Assembly: GCA_963707915.1 (NCBI GenBank)
Contig: OY970178.1
Location: 1,312,001 to 1,376,000, forward strand
From: Candidatus Eiseniibacteriota bacterium
GTDB taxonomy: Bacteria > Eisenbacteria > RBG-16-71-46
Direction of reading: 5' to 3'
DNA: 64,000 nucleotides
Part shown: piece after piece, positions 39,582 to 49,800 of the stretch
Layout: the number at the start of each line of letters is the position of its first letter
How positions within the stretch are numbered: position 1 is the stretch's first letter
Notes under the pieces: model-generated
What the model saw: only the letters and a program-made list of their open reading frames with translations
The model's database searches: none
What the model was told of the DNA's origin: nothing
Made by a program: the position numbers and the translations under genes

Positions 39582-40555
39582 GGCAGCCTCCGCATCAGCA
39601 GTGCGGTGGCCGCCAGTGCGAGCAGGAGGAGCGCGGCGGCCGGCAGCAGGAAGACCTCGGCCCGCTCGGCGTAGACCGTGTGACGGGCGACCTTGAAGGT
39701 CGTGGGCTCCATGCGGTCGATCTCGTCGTAGATCCGCTTGAGCGCCTCGTTGTCCGAGGCGAGGAACGCCTTGCCGCCGGTGATGGCCGAGATCTGGTCG
39801 AGCGTCTTCATGTCGAAATCGACCTGCATCGTCTGGGGCCGGCGCCCCCACAGCGGATCGTCGACCATCACCGTCACCGGGCCCTGGGAGCCGATGCCGA
39901 TGCAGTAGACCTTGATGCCGTAGGTGCGGGCCAGCTGCGCAGCGGTCAGCGGGTCGATCTCGCCGGTGTTGTTCAGCCCGTCGGTCAGCAGGATGATGAT
40001 CCGGTCCCTGGACTTGGAGTCCTTGATCCGGGCGACGGCGCTCGCCAGACCCATGCCGATGGCGGTCCGCGACGGGTCGAGGGTCCCCACCTGCAGCCGG
40101 TCGATGATGGCACCGAGCACCGTCCGGTCGACCGTGAGCGGGCAGCGCGCCATGGCGCCGTTGGCGAAGATCACCAGCCCGGCCCGGTCGCCGCGCCGCC
40201 TGGCGATGAACTCCCGGGCCCGTTGCCGGGCCACGGCGATCCGGCTGGGCTGGTAGTCGGCGAAGGTCATGGTCTCGGAGACGTCCATGCACAGCATGAT
40301 GTCCACGCCCCGGGACTCGACCTCCTCGTAGACGCGGCCGCGCTGCGGCCGCGCCAGGGCCAGCACCATCAGGACCAGGACCAGGGTGTTCGCCGCGAAC
40401 AGCGCCGCCTTGAGGTGCCGGCCCGGCCCCCGGTGCGCACGCAGGAACGAGACGTCCGAGAACCGCACGGCGGCGGTCCGCTTGCGCAGCTCCAGCCAGG
40501 CCATCGCGGCCACCGGGGCGAGCAGGAGCAGGTACCAGGGCGAGGCGAAGCGCAT
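39578..40555 (-). CDS. batA: BatA VWA-domain protein
   Basis: MRFASPWYL, LARPQ, DVSETM, TAIGMGL, LLTDGLNNTG, TGGKAF. Confidence 0.9.
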   Translation of the reverse strand: MRFASPWYLLLLAPVAAMAWLELRKRTAAVRFSDVSFLRAHRGPGRHLKAALFAANTLVLVLMVLALARPQRGRVYEEVESRGVDIMLCMDVSETMTFADYQPSRIAVARQRAREFIARRRGDRAGLVIFANGAMARCPLTVDRTVLGAIIDRLQVGTLDPSRTAIGMGLASAVARIKDSKSRDRIIILLTDGLNNTGEIDPLTAAQLARTYGIKVYCIGIGSQGPVTVMVDDPLWGRRPQTMQVDFDMKTLDQISAITGGKAFLASDNEALKRIYDEIDRMEPTTFKVARHTVYAERAEVFLLPAAALLLLALAATALLMRRLP

Positions 40556-40557
40556 GG

Positions 40558-41508
40558 CTACGGCCGTTCCTTCCCCGGCCCGGCCGGGACCGCTGCGGCC
40601 GGCGCCTCCGCGGCCGGCACGGGCGCCAGGGGCGCCGCGGGCCGCGTGCTCGTCACGAAGTCGCGCACCTGCGCGATGGCGGACCGCGCCTCCGCCTCCG
40701 GCGGCACCGTCTTCGCGTACTTCACGAAGTCGGACCGGGTGAGGAACCGTGCGACCTCGTCCCGCATCGGCGTGCGGGCGGCCCGCATGCTGGCGAGGAT
40801 CTCGGTCGTCGTCTGCTCCACCGCGTTGAACTCGAAGCGCCGCTCGATGTAGCGCTTGAGCACCTGCGAGAGGGCGTAGTAGAAGCGCTTGACCTGGCCG
40901 GCGGCGAGCCACTCCTGCCAGGGCATCTGGTCGAGCGCGGCCAGCGCCTGCTCCCACGGCGGCAGCGGGCTCGCGGCCAGCTCGCGGGCGCGCCGGAGCC
41001 GGCGCAGCAGGCGGGAGCCGGCATAGGCCAGGCCGGCCGCCAGCAGCAGGATGCCCGGGACGATCCACAGCCAGGGGTTGGGGAAGGTCTCCGCCGGCTT
41101 GAGGTCGTTGATGTCCTTCATTCCCGGCGGGAGCACGCTGGCGATGGTCACCGCGGTCGTGTCGCTGCGGAGCGTGTCCACCCTGGACCCGGTGCGAACC
41201 AGGAAGGTGAAGACCGGCAGCCGGTGCCGGCCGGGCTTGAAGGCCGCGAGGCTCAGGCGGTGGACCTCGGGGCCCCTCCCCCCGCGCGCCGGGGGCTTCG
41301 GCTGCCGCGCGGCCGGGAGGAACACGCCCATCGAATCGGCCAGCGGCCCGATCACCTGGCTCGAGTCGGCGCGCGTCAGCGTGAGCACCACGTCGAACGG
41401 GTCACCGACCGTGAGCCGCGCCCGGGCCTCCGTGCGCGTCGTCAGCGCGGGCCGCCCGGGGAACGGCGTCGCCAGCAGGAGCACCAGGAGGAGCCGGGCC
41501 GCGACCAT
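40558..41508 (-). CDS. DUF4381-like bat-operon membrane protein
   Basis: Signal peptide, DINDLKP, TM, LKRYIERRF, EQTTTEI, SDFVKYAK. Confidence 0.8.
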   Translation of the reverse strand: MVAARLLLVLLLATPFPGRPALTTRTEARARLTVGDPFDVVLTLTRADSSQVIGPLADSMGVFLPAARQPKPPARGGRGPEVHRLSLAAFKPGRHRLPVFTFLVRTGSRVDTLRSDTTAVTIASVLPPGMKDINDLKPAETFPNPWLWIVPGILLLAAGLAYAGSRLLRRLRRARELAASPLPPWEQALAALDQMPWQEWLAAGQVKRFYYALSQVLKRYIERRFEFNAVEQTTTEILASMRAARTPMRDEVARFLTRSDFVKYAKTVPPEAEARSAIAQVRDFVTSTRPAAPLAPVPAAEAPAAAVPAGPGKERP

Positions 41509-41510
41509 GA

Positions 41511-42485
41511 TCAGTGGAACCGGCGCGCCCGCAACCGGAAGAACTTGTGCAACCGGGGCGTGAAGTCCTCGTGCGTGTGCAGGCGGATGCTGTCGATGCC
41601 GAGCTGCCGGAACATCCGGTCGCGCCGCGACTCCAGTTCCCGCGCGTGCCGCTCGTAGGCCTGCCGCAGCCGCGCATCCGACGTGTTCACCGTGACGATC
41701 TCGCCCGTCTCCATGTCCTCCAGGTCCACGAGGCCGGCGCGCGGCAGCTCCTGCTCCGCCGGGTCGACGATGGGGATGGCCACGAGGTCGTGCCGGCGGG
41801 CCACGATCCCCAGCGGGATGCGGACGTTCTCCGGCGCGAAGCCCGGCCCCATGAAGTCGCTGATCAGGAAGACGATCGCGCGGTGCTTGAGGATGTGCAT
41901 CAGGTACTCCAGCGCCGCCGCCGGTCCGGTGCCGCGGCGCTCGGGCCGGAACAGCAGGATGTCGCGGACCAGCCGCATCACGTGCTGCCGGCCCTTGCGC
42001 GGCGGGATGAACCGCTCCACCCGGTCGGTGAAGAACAGCAGTCCCACCTTGTCGTTGTTGACCACCGCCGAGAACGCCAGCGTGGCCGCGACCTGGGCCG
42101 CCTGCTCCAGCTTGAACTGTGCCCGGGTGCCGAAGTAGCCCGAGCCCGAGGCGTCCACGCACAGGATCACCGTGAGCTCGCGCTCCTCGACGAACTTCTT
42201 GACGTAGGGCCGCGCCATCCGGGCGGTCACCTTCCAGTCGATGGCCCGGATGTCGTCGCCCGGCAGGTACTCGCGGACGTCGACGAACTCCATGCCCGTT
42301 CCCTTGAAGGTGGACCGGTACTCGCCGACGAAGCTGGTGTTGAGGATCTTCCGGGTGTGCAGCTCGATCCGGCGCAGCGTCTTCAGGAGCTCGAGGCTCC
42401 GCGTCGCCGGCGCGGGCGCCGGGGCCGGCCGGCTCCCCCGGGTCCGCGCGCGGCCGGCGCTCGTCGGCCCCGCCGGGCCGGTCAC
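41511..42485 (-). CDS. DUF58 protein
   Basis: FKGTGMEFVDVREYLPGDDIRAIDWKVTAR, EEREL, DASGS, ISDF. Confidence 0.92.
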   Translation of the reverse strand: MTGPAGPTSAGRARTRGSRPAPAPAPATRSLELLKTLRRIELHTRKILNTSFVGEYRSTFKGTGMEFVDVREYLPGDDIRAIDWKVTARMARPYVKKFVEERELTVILCVDASGSGYFGTRAQFKLEQAAQVAATLAFSAVVNNDKVGLLFFTDRVERFIPPRKGRQHVMRLVRDILLFRPERRGTGPAAALEYLMHILKHRAIVFLISDFMGPGFAPENVRIPLGIVARRHDLVAIPIVDPAEQELPRAGLVDLEDMETGEIVTVNTSDARLRQAYERHARELESRRDRMFRQLGIDSIRLHTHEDFTPRLHKFFRLRARRFH

Positions 42486-43480
42486 GGGACTTCGACCGAG
42501 GCCAGGATCCGGTGGACGATGTCGTCCGTCGTCATCTCCTCCGCCTCGGCCTCGTACGAGAGGATGATGCGATGGCGCAGGACGTCGGCCGCCAGCTCCT
42601 TGATGTCCTCGGGGATGACGAAGCCCCGCCGCCGCAGGAAGGCCATGGCCCGGGCCGCGGTCGTCAGGTAGATGGAGGCCCGCGGCGACGCCCCGAAGCG
42701 GATCAGCGGCCGGAGCTCCGGCAGGCCGTACTTCTCGGGCTCGCGCGTGGCGAACACCAGGTCGATGATGTAGTCCTGGATCTTGCTGTCGATGTAGATC
42801 GACTTGCAGAGCTCGCGCGCCCGGATGATGTCGGCGGGCTCCACCACGGCCGAGATCTTCGGCTCGCCGGCGACCGCGATGCGGTCGACGATCTCGCGCT
42901 CCTCCTGCCGGGTCGGATACGTGATCCTGATCTTCAGCAGGAAGCGGTCGAGCTGCGCCTCGGGAAGCGGGTAGGTCCCCTCCTGCTCGATCGGGTTCTG
43001 GGTGGCCAGGACCAGGAACGGGTCGTCCAGCTTGAAGGTCTTGTCCCCGATCGTGACCTGGCGCTCCTGCATCGCCTCGAGCAGCGCGCTCTGCACCTTG
43101 GGCGGCGTCCGGTTGATCTCGTCGGCGAGGATGAGGTTCGAGAAGATCGGGCCCTTGCTGGTGACGAACTCGCCGGTCTTCTGGTTGTAGATCAGCGTTC
43201 CGATGATGTCGGACGGCAGCAGGTCGGGCGTGAACTGGATGCGCTGGAAGCGGGTCCGCAGCGCGGCCGCCAGGGTCCGGACCGCGTAGGTCTTCGCCAG
43301 GCCCGGCACGCCCTCGATCAGGATGTGTCCGTCGGCCAGCAGGCCGATCAGCAGCCGGGTCACCAGGTACTGCTGGCCGACGATGGCCTTGGACACCTCG
43401 GCGGTGATGGTCTGGACGACGATGCTCTCCTTCTCGATCCGCTCGTGGACCGCCTTGATCTCGTCTGTCTGGATCTCCAT
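42482..43480 (-). CDS. moxR: MoxR-family AAA+ ATPase
   Basis: EGVPGLAKT, RIQFTPDLLPSD, ADEINRTPPKVQSALLEAM, ATQNPIEQEGTYPLPEAQLDRF, GASPR. Confidence 0.95.
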   Translation of the reverse strand: MEIQTDEIKAVHERIEKESIVVQTITAEVSKAIVGQQYLVTRLLIGLLADGHILIEGVPGLAKTYAVRTLAAALRTRFQRIQFTPDLLPSDIIGTLIYNQKTGEFVTSKGPIFSNLILADEINRTPPKVQSALLEAMQERQVTIGDKTFKLDDPFLVLATQNPIEQEGTYPLPEAQLDRFLLKIRITYPTRQEEREIVDRIAVAGEPKISAVVEPADIIRARELCKSIYIDSKIQDYIIDLVFATREPEKYGLPELRPLIRFGASPRASIYLTTAARAMAFLRRRGFVIPEDIKELAADVLRHRIILSYEAEAEEMTTDDIVHRILASVEVP

Positions 43481-43541
43481 CTTCCCTCCGATGTCGCCGG
43501 TTCCGCTCCGTCCGTCCGGGTGCCGGATCCTGCGGGCGTCG

Positions 43542-43572
43542 ATTCTACCGGGCCGGGCTCGGCCCGGGTCAA
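43542..43572 (-). promoter_or_regulatory. Promoter of the moxR-bat operon with 19-nt dyad spacer
   Basis: TTGACC-19nt-TAGAAT; the spacer holds an 8-bp inverted repeat (43548-43567). Confidence 0.55.
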
Positions 43573-43744
43573 GGCTGCGCAAACTCGCGGCAACGCCTTG
43601 GAAAAATCCCGCGGCGGTCCGGCCTCCCGGCCGCCGCGCGTCCCCGCCCGCCCGCTCCCGCGAATCGAAACGGCCTGCCCGCCGTGGCATCCGGCGGGCA
43701 GGCCCGTGTCGCTGCCGAGCCCCGGGCGACGCCCGGTCCCGGTG

Positions 43745-44833
43745 CTACGAATTGCGCTTCTGGAAGTCCGCCATGAACTGGGCGAGGCGCTCGGCGCCCT
43801 CGACCGGCATGGCGTTGTACATCGATGCGCGGCAACCGCCGACCGAGCGGTGGCCCTTGAGGCCCGACATCTCGGCCTTGCTCGCCTCGGCGATGAACTT
43901 CTCCTCGAGCTCCTCGCTCGGCAGCCGGAAGACGACGTTCATCCGCGAGCGGGACGCCTTCTCCACCGGCGAGCGGAACCAGCCGCTGGAACCGTCGATG
44001 GCCGCGTAGAGGATGTCCGAGCGCCGGCCCGCGCGCCGGTCCATCTCGGCCAGGCCGCCCACGGACTTCACCCAGTCCAGGTTGAGCTTCATCATGTAGA
44101 TCGCGAACACCGCGGGCGTGTTGTACATCGACTTGTCCGGCACGTGGCTCTTGTAGGCCAGGTAGGCCGGCATGTCCTCCCGGCACTGCTCGAGCAGGTC
44201 CTTGCGGATGATGACGACCGTGTTGCCCGCCGGACCGAGGTTCTTCTGCGCGCCGCCGTAGATCAGGGCGAAGCGCGCGAACGGCACCGGGCGGGAGAGG
44301 ATGTCCGAGCTCATGTCGGCGACCAGCGGGACCGCGCCGGTGTCCGGGTACTCGCCGAACTCGATGCCGCCGATGGTCTCGTTGCTGGTGACGTGCAGGT
44401 AGGCGGCGTCGGCGCCGGCCCTGAGCTCGGCGGCCTTCGGCATGCGCGTGAACTTGTTCGCCTCGTCGGTCCACACCACCCGGGTCGGGCCGACCTTCTT
44501 CGCGTCGGAGATGCCCTTCTTGGCCCAGGCGCCGGTGTTCACGTACTCGAAGGTCTTGCCCTCGGCGCGCAGGTTCATCGGCACCATCCCGAACTGCAGC
44601 GTGGCCCCGCCCTGCAGGAACAGGATCTCGAACGTGTCGGGCACGCCGAAGACCTCGCGCAGCGACTCCAGGGCCTGGTTGTGCACCGCGTCGTATTGCT
44701 TGCCGCGGTGGCTCATCTCGATGAGCGACATGCCCGAGCCGCCGTACTCCACGAACTCGCCGGCGGCCTTCTCCAGCGCCGGCAGCGGCAGCGTGCACGG
44801 CCCGGCGGCGAAATTGAAGATCCTCTTCGTCAT
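43745..44833 (-). CDS. serC: Phosphoserine aminotransferase
   Basis: NFAAGP, EMSHRG, LQGGA, NETIGG, DMSS, GAQKNLGPAG, YNTP, GHRSVGGCRASMYNA. Confidence 0.96.
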   Translation of the reverse strand: MTKRIFNFAAGPCTLPLPALEKAAGEFVEYGGSGMSLIEMSHRGKQYDAVHNQALESLREVFGVPDTFEILFLQGGATLQFGMVPMNLRAEGKTFEYVNTGAWAKKGISDAKKVGPTRVVWTDEANKFTRMPKAAELRAGADAAYLHVTSNETIGGIEFGEYPDTGAVPLVADMSSDILSRPVPFARFALIYGGAQKNLGPAGNTVVIIRKDLLEQCREDMPAYLAYKSHVPDKSMYNTPAVFAIYMMKLNLDWVKSVGGLAEMDRRAGRRSDILYAAIDGSSGWFRSPVEKASRSRMNVVFRLPSEELEEKFIAEASKAEMSGLKGHRSVGGCRASMYNAMPVEGAERLAQFMADFQKRNS

Positions 44834-44843
44834 CTTCCGCTCC

Positions 44844-45716
44844 TCACTTGCTCGCCCGCTTCTCGAGGATGTCGACCACCGTGTCGCCGATGCGCAGGAG
44901 GTTCTCCTTGCTCGACGCGCCGAGGTGCGGCATCACCACCGTGTTCGGCGCACCCACGATTGGGCTGCCGTAGATCTCGTCCTTGTACCAGACGTCCGTA
45001 CCGTAGCCGCCGAGCTGGCCCGAGTTCAGGGCCTCCACGATGTCCTCCTCGACGACGCACTTGCCGCGCCCGGTGTTGATCAGGATCGCGCCCTTCTTCA
45101 TCTTCGCGATCGTCTGCCGGTTGATCATGCCCCGGGTCTCGTCGGTGAGCGGCGTGTGCAGCGACAGGTAGTCGGACTCGGCCAGCACCGCGTCGAGCGG
45201 CTTGACCTGGGCGATGGCGTGCTGGGTCACGACCTTGTCGGCGGCCACGACCTTCATGCCGAAGGCCTGGGCGCGCTTCGCCACTTCCGTGCCGATGCGG
45301 CCGATGCCGATCAGCCCGAGCGTCTTCTGGTACAGCTCGGTGCGCTTGAGCTCCGACTTGAGGAACTTGCCGGCCACGATGCCGTTGTGCCCCTCGACCA
45401 GGCGGCTCGGGATGGCGATCATCAGCGCCATCGCCAACTCGGCCACCGCCACCGACGAGGCCTCCGGCGTGTTCACGGCCGTGATGCCCTTCTCCTTGCA
45501 GTACGCCGCGTCGATGTTGTCCATGCCGACGCCGCCGCGGATGAAGAGCTTCACGTTCCGGGCCTGGTCGATGTACGCGCGGTCGGCCTTGGTCTTGGAG
45601 CGGACCAGGATGACGTCCGCCTCGGCGACCCGCGCGGGATCGTCGAACACCTCGCCGAACTTCTCCAGGCGCTTGGGCAACCCCTTGTCGAAGGCGTCAG
45701 CGATCAGGATCTTCAT
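44844..45716 (-). CDS. serA: D-3-phosphoglycerate dehydrogenase-like 2-hydroxyacid dehydrogenase (short, no ACT domain)
   Basis: GVGMDNID, AVAEL, GIGRIG, LHTPLTDETRGMIN, NTGRG, PHLGAS; directly upstream of serC. Confidence 0.8.
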   Translation of the reverse strand: MKILIADAFDKGLPKRLEKFGEVFDDPARVAEADVILVRSKTKADRAYIDQARNVKLFIRGGVGMDNIDAAYCKEKGITAVNTPEASSVAVAELAMALMIAIPSRLVEGHNGIVAGKFLKSELKRTELYQKTLGLIGIGRIGTEVAKRAQAFGMKVVAADKVVTQHAIAQVKPLDAVLAESDYLSLHTPLTDETRGMINRQTIAKMKKGAILINTGRGKCVVEEDIVEALNSGQLGGYGTDVWYKDEIYGSPIVGAPNTVVMPHLGASSKENLLRIGDTVVDILEKRASK

Positions 45717-45767
45717 GGCTCTCTCTCCTCCCTGGACGGCGACCACGTACCAAGTCAGACTGGCTGG

Positions 45768-45796
45768 AATCTACTGAGTACGGCGCGGGATGACAA
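45768..45796 (-). promoter_or_regulatory. Sigma70 promoter of serA-serC
   Basis: TTGTCA-17nt-TAGATT about 50 nt upstream of ATG 45716. Confidence 0.65.
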
Positions 45797-45915
45797 CCCC
45801 GGGCGGGGCCCGGTGACGCGGTGGATCCGCGGCCCGCGCCGGAGGTCCGCCCGGCCGGGCGATGGCCTGCACGGGCGGCGCTGGAATGGCCCGGCCGCCT
45901 CCCCGGCAGGCCCCG

Positions 45916-46743
45916 TCAGGGCAGCAGGACCACGCGCCGGGACGTGACCCGGTCCCCGGCTTCGAGCGTGACCAGGTAGACGCCCGCCGACAGGCGCCCG
46001 CCGGCGTCGTCACGGCCGTCCCACGGCACGGTCCGCGAGCCGGCGGCGCACCAGCCGTCCGCCAGTCGGCGGACGGTGCGGCCCTGGACGTCGCGCACGG
46101 TGAGGCGCTGGATGCCCGCGCGGTCCGCACCCACCTCGAAGCGCAGGGCGCCCCGGCCCGGGTTGGGCACGGCGCCCAGCGCGAGAGGCGGCACCGCCCG
46201 GTCGCCGACCCCGGCCGGGGCCGCCACGCCGACGCCGACCAGGGCGCCGGTGGCGTGGACCGGTTTCACGTACATCCCGGCCCGGTAGAACTGCAATGCG
46301 ACGATCTGCACCGTGGTCACCTGCGGGGTGTCCGCGGCCCGGAAGCGGAGCCGGTACAACGGGCCCGGCCCGGGGAGATAGACGCCGTCGCACAGCAGCG
46401 CGTCCGAGATGGTGTCGGTGCTCGCGCCCCGGCCGAAGACGTGGAAGGTGCTGCCGCACGCCTCCTTCATGTACGAGCCTTCCTGGAGGGAGAACGGCGA
46501 GAGCGGTACGAAGGTCAGCGCGGCGGGGTCCCACGAGACGACGGCCCGGAACGCGTTGAAGAGGTCGCCCGCCTCGGTGCATTGCAGGACCAGTTCGAAC
46601 TCCGCCCCCGGAGCGACGGTCTGCCCGGTGGGAAGCAGCGCGGCCGTCACGCCGTCGGCGCGGAGGGCGGCCGGAGCAGCGCACAGCCCGGCCGCGGCCG
46701 CGAGCGCGACCGCGATCGCCCTTCGGAACCGTGCCAGCGCCAT
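45916..46743 (-). CDS. Secreted cohesin-like plus FlgD-Ig protein (paralog of 61248-62108)
   Basis: Signal peptide; VAPGAEFEL...VSWDPAALTF...GPGPLYRLRFRA; VPNP...DVQGRTVRRL...WDGRD...GVYLV. Confidence 0.82.
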   Translation of the reverse strand: MALARFRRAIAVALAAAAGLCAAPAALRADGVTAALLPTGQTVAPGAEFELVLQCTEAGDLFNAFRAVVSWDPAALTFVPLSPFSLQEGSYMKEACGSTFHVFGRGASTDTISDALLCDGVYLPGPGPLYRLRFRAADTPQVTTVQIVALQFYRAGMYVKPVHATGALVGVGVAAPAGVGDRAVPPLALGAVPNPGRGALRFEVGADRAGIQRLTVRDVQGRTVRRLADGWCAAGSRTVPWDGRDDAGGRLSAGVYLVTLEAGDRVTSRRVVLLP

Positions 46744-46806
46744 GGCTGCCTCCCGTCGGCCCCCGCGGGCCCGCGCGCCTCGCGCGCCGCGCCCGCGGCC
46801 GGCCCG

Positions 46807-49800
46807 CTACCTGAGATACGTCAGCGTCCGCGTGAATCCACGCTGCGCGGCCCTCAGGCGCACGTAGTAGACCCCCGCCGACATCGCGTGGCCCCGCTCA
46901 TCGCGACCGTCCCAGGTCACCCGGTATTCGCCCGGCTCGCGGGACTCCCGCACCAGGGTCCTCACCCGCCGCCCGTCCACCGAGAAGACCGCCAGCTCGA
47001 CCGGCCCGCCCTGGGCCAGGCTGAAGGCGATCGCCGTGGCCTCGCGGAACGGGTTCGGCGCCGCCGGGGCCAGCTGGGTGACCGTCGGCAGCGCCCTCGG
47101 CACGCGCAACGACGTGGCGAGGCTCACCGGTCGGTTCCGCGCATCGCGCGCGTCGACCGAGGCCAGCCGGATCTTCGGATCGCCGGCGGCGAGGGCGCGG
47201 AAGGTCACCGTGGCGGCCACGCCGTCGCCCCGGAATCCCGCACCCGGGCCGAGGACCGCGGCGTCCACCGCCCCGGGCGCGGCGGACAGCACCAGCGCGC
47301 CCAGGCTCCCGGCCAGCTCGCCCGCCCCCCAGCCCACCGGCGTCACCACGGCGGGATCCCACGCCAGCCTGGCCGCCAGGCACTGCACCGCGCCGGTGCC
47401 GCGCATCCGCAGGCCCACCTGCACGTCCCCGCCCTCCGCGACGCGGTCCACCGTCTCGAGCATCAGCTCGTCGCGGTCCGCCGCGACCGGCAGCGCGGAG
47501 GCCTGGGGCGCCGTGACGCGAGCGAAGGTCATCGCGAATACCACCAGGTCCTCGAAGTCCAGGATGTTGTCGGTGGTCGGCAGCGTGTTCGCCGAGTAGT
47601 CGGCGGTCGGTCCGACGTCCAGCGCCGTGTACCGGGAGCCCGCGACCAGCGTCGTCCCGTAGTGGGCGCCGAGCAGGGAGACGTCGGCGACGTCCACGCG
47701 GTCGTCCCCGGCGAGCAGCGAGTCCGCCGGGTCCACCACGTCGCCGAGGTGGTAGTTGAGCGTGCCCGTGGTCATGTTCGACACCGCCGAGTGCGAGCCG
47801 TACCGGTCGGTCACGACGGCGACGTAGTAGTAGAAGTCACGCAGCGGGACCAGGTCGTCGTGCGACGTGCCGGGCGACGCGACCGCGGCCGCGCGCGTCC
47901 AGCGTCCGGCCGGCGGATACGCCGTCGGCAGCGGCGGCACCGAGCCCGGGACGGGCCCGTCGTCGTACTCCGGGTAGTTGCCGAACCCGGCCCGGTAGAT
48001 CTCGACCGTGTCGCCCTCCCCCACCGCCGGCCAGGCGATGCCGATCGCCGTGGTGCTGCCCGGGGCGTTGCCGGTCTTGCGCTGTGTCGCGGTCAGCAGG
48101 GTGATCCCCGGCACCGCCGGGTTCACCGCGAAGGTCACCCGGATGGCGTGGTCCGCCCGCACGTCCGCGACCGTGTAGGGGCTCGCCGGGCCGACCGGGA
48201 CACCGTCCACCAGCAGGCTGTCGAGGTGGTACCCGGCGTCCGCGGTCGAGGTGAACGCCTGGCTCCCGCCGTACTCCACCGCCACCGCTCCGCCGGGGGA
48301 GATCGAGCCGTGGGCCCCCGCGCTCGCCGTGATGGTGAAGACGTCGATCGCGAACGTGGCGTGGAGGGTGTGGTCGGTGGTCACGTGGGTGAACGTGTAG
48401 CCCGTCGCCGGCGCCACCGGGCTGCCGTCCACGAAGAGGCTGTCGAGGTGGTACCCGGTCGCGGGCGTGATGGCGAAGCCGCGGTCCGCGCCGTAGTCCA
48501 CCGGCACCAGCCCGGCCGGGTCGATCCCGCCGTTCGGTCCGGCGCTCGCCGCGATGGTGAACACGTCGATCGCGAACGTGGCGTGGAGGGTGTGGTCGGT
48601 GGTCACGTTGGTGAACGTGTAGCTCGTCGCCGGCGCCACCGGTGCGCCGTCCACGTAGAGGCTGTCCACGTGGTAGCCGGTCCCCGGCGTGAGGGCGAAG
48701 CCCAGGCTGGAGCCGTGCGCCACGGTCACCGGGCCGCTCGGGTCGATCGCCCCGTGGGCCCCCGCGCTCGCCACGATCGAGTAGTAGTTGATGGCGAATG
48801 TCACGTGGATCGCGTGTCCGGCCTGCAGGTCGGTGAACGTGTAGCCCGGCGCCGGGGCGACCGGCACGCCGTCCACGTACAGGCTGTCCACGTGGTAGCC
48901 GGTCTCCGGCGCGAATGCGAAGGCCTGGTCCTCGCCGCGGGTGACGCCCACGGTCCCCGCCGGGCTGATGCCGCCGTGGGGACCCGCGGTCGCGGTGATC
49001 GTGAAGTCGTTGACCGCGAACGTCACGTGGATGGCGTGGCCGGCCGTCACGTTCGTGAACGTGTGACTCGTCGCCGGGGCGACCGGCACGCCGTCCACGT
49101 ACAGGCTGTCCACGTGGTAGCCCGCATCCGGCGTCAGCGTGAAGCCCTGGTCCGCGCCGTGGTCCACCGTCACCGGCCCGCTCGGGTCGATCGCACCGTG
49201 CGCCCCGGCGCTCGCCATGATCGTGTAGGTGTCGATCGCGAAGGTGGCGCGGATGGAGTGGTCCGCCGTCACGTTCGTGAACGTGTGACTCGTCGCCGGG
49301 GCGACCGGCACGTCATCCACGGTGAGGCTGTCCACGTGGTAGCCCGACGAGGGGCTGATCGCGAACCCCTGGTCCGCGCCGTAGTCCACCGCGACCCCCC
49401 CGCTCGGGTCGATCGTCCCGTGCGCGCCCGCGCTGGCCGCGATCGTGAAACGGTCGATGGCGAACGTGACGCGCACGGCGTGGTCGGACTGCACGTCGGC
49501 AAGCGAGAAGGGCAGCACCACCGGCACCGGGACGCCGTCCACGGTCAGGCTGTCCACGTGGTAACCCGGGTCCGGCGTGATCGTGTAGGGCTGGGTCGCG
49601 CCGTGCTCGACCGAGGCGCTCGGCGGGGCGATCGAACCGTGCGGACCCGCGGTGGCGGTCAGCGAGTAGAGCCCGATCGTGAAGTCGGCGTCGCTGGCGT
49701 CCGTGGCCGAGTTGCCATTCACGTCGTGCGCGGTCACGCGCACGCGGACCGTCGTGGAGAGCGTGTTCGGCACCGTCCAGAGGTGGGAGCCGGAGTTCGC

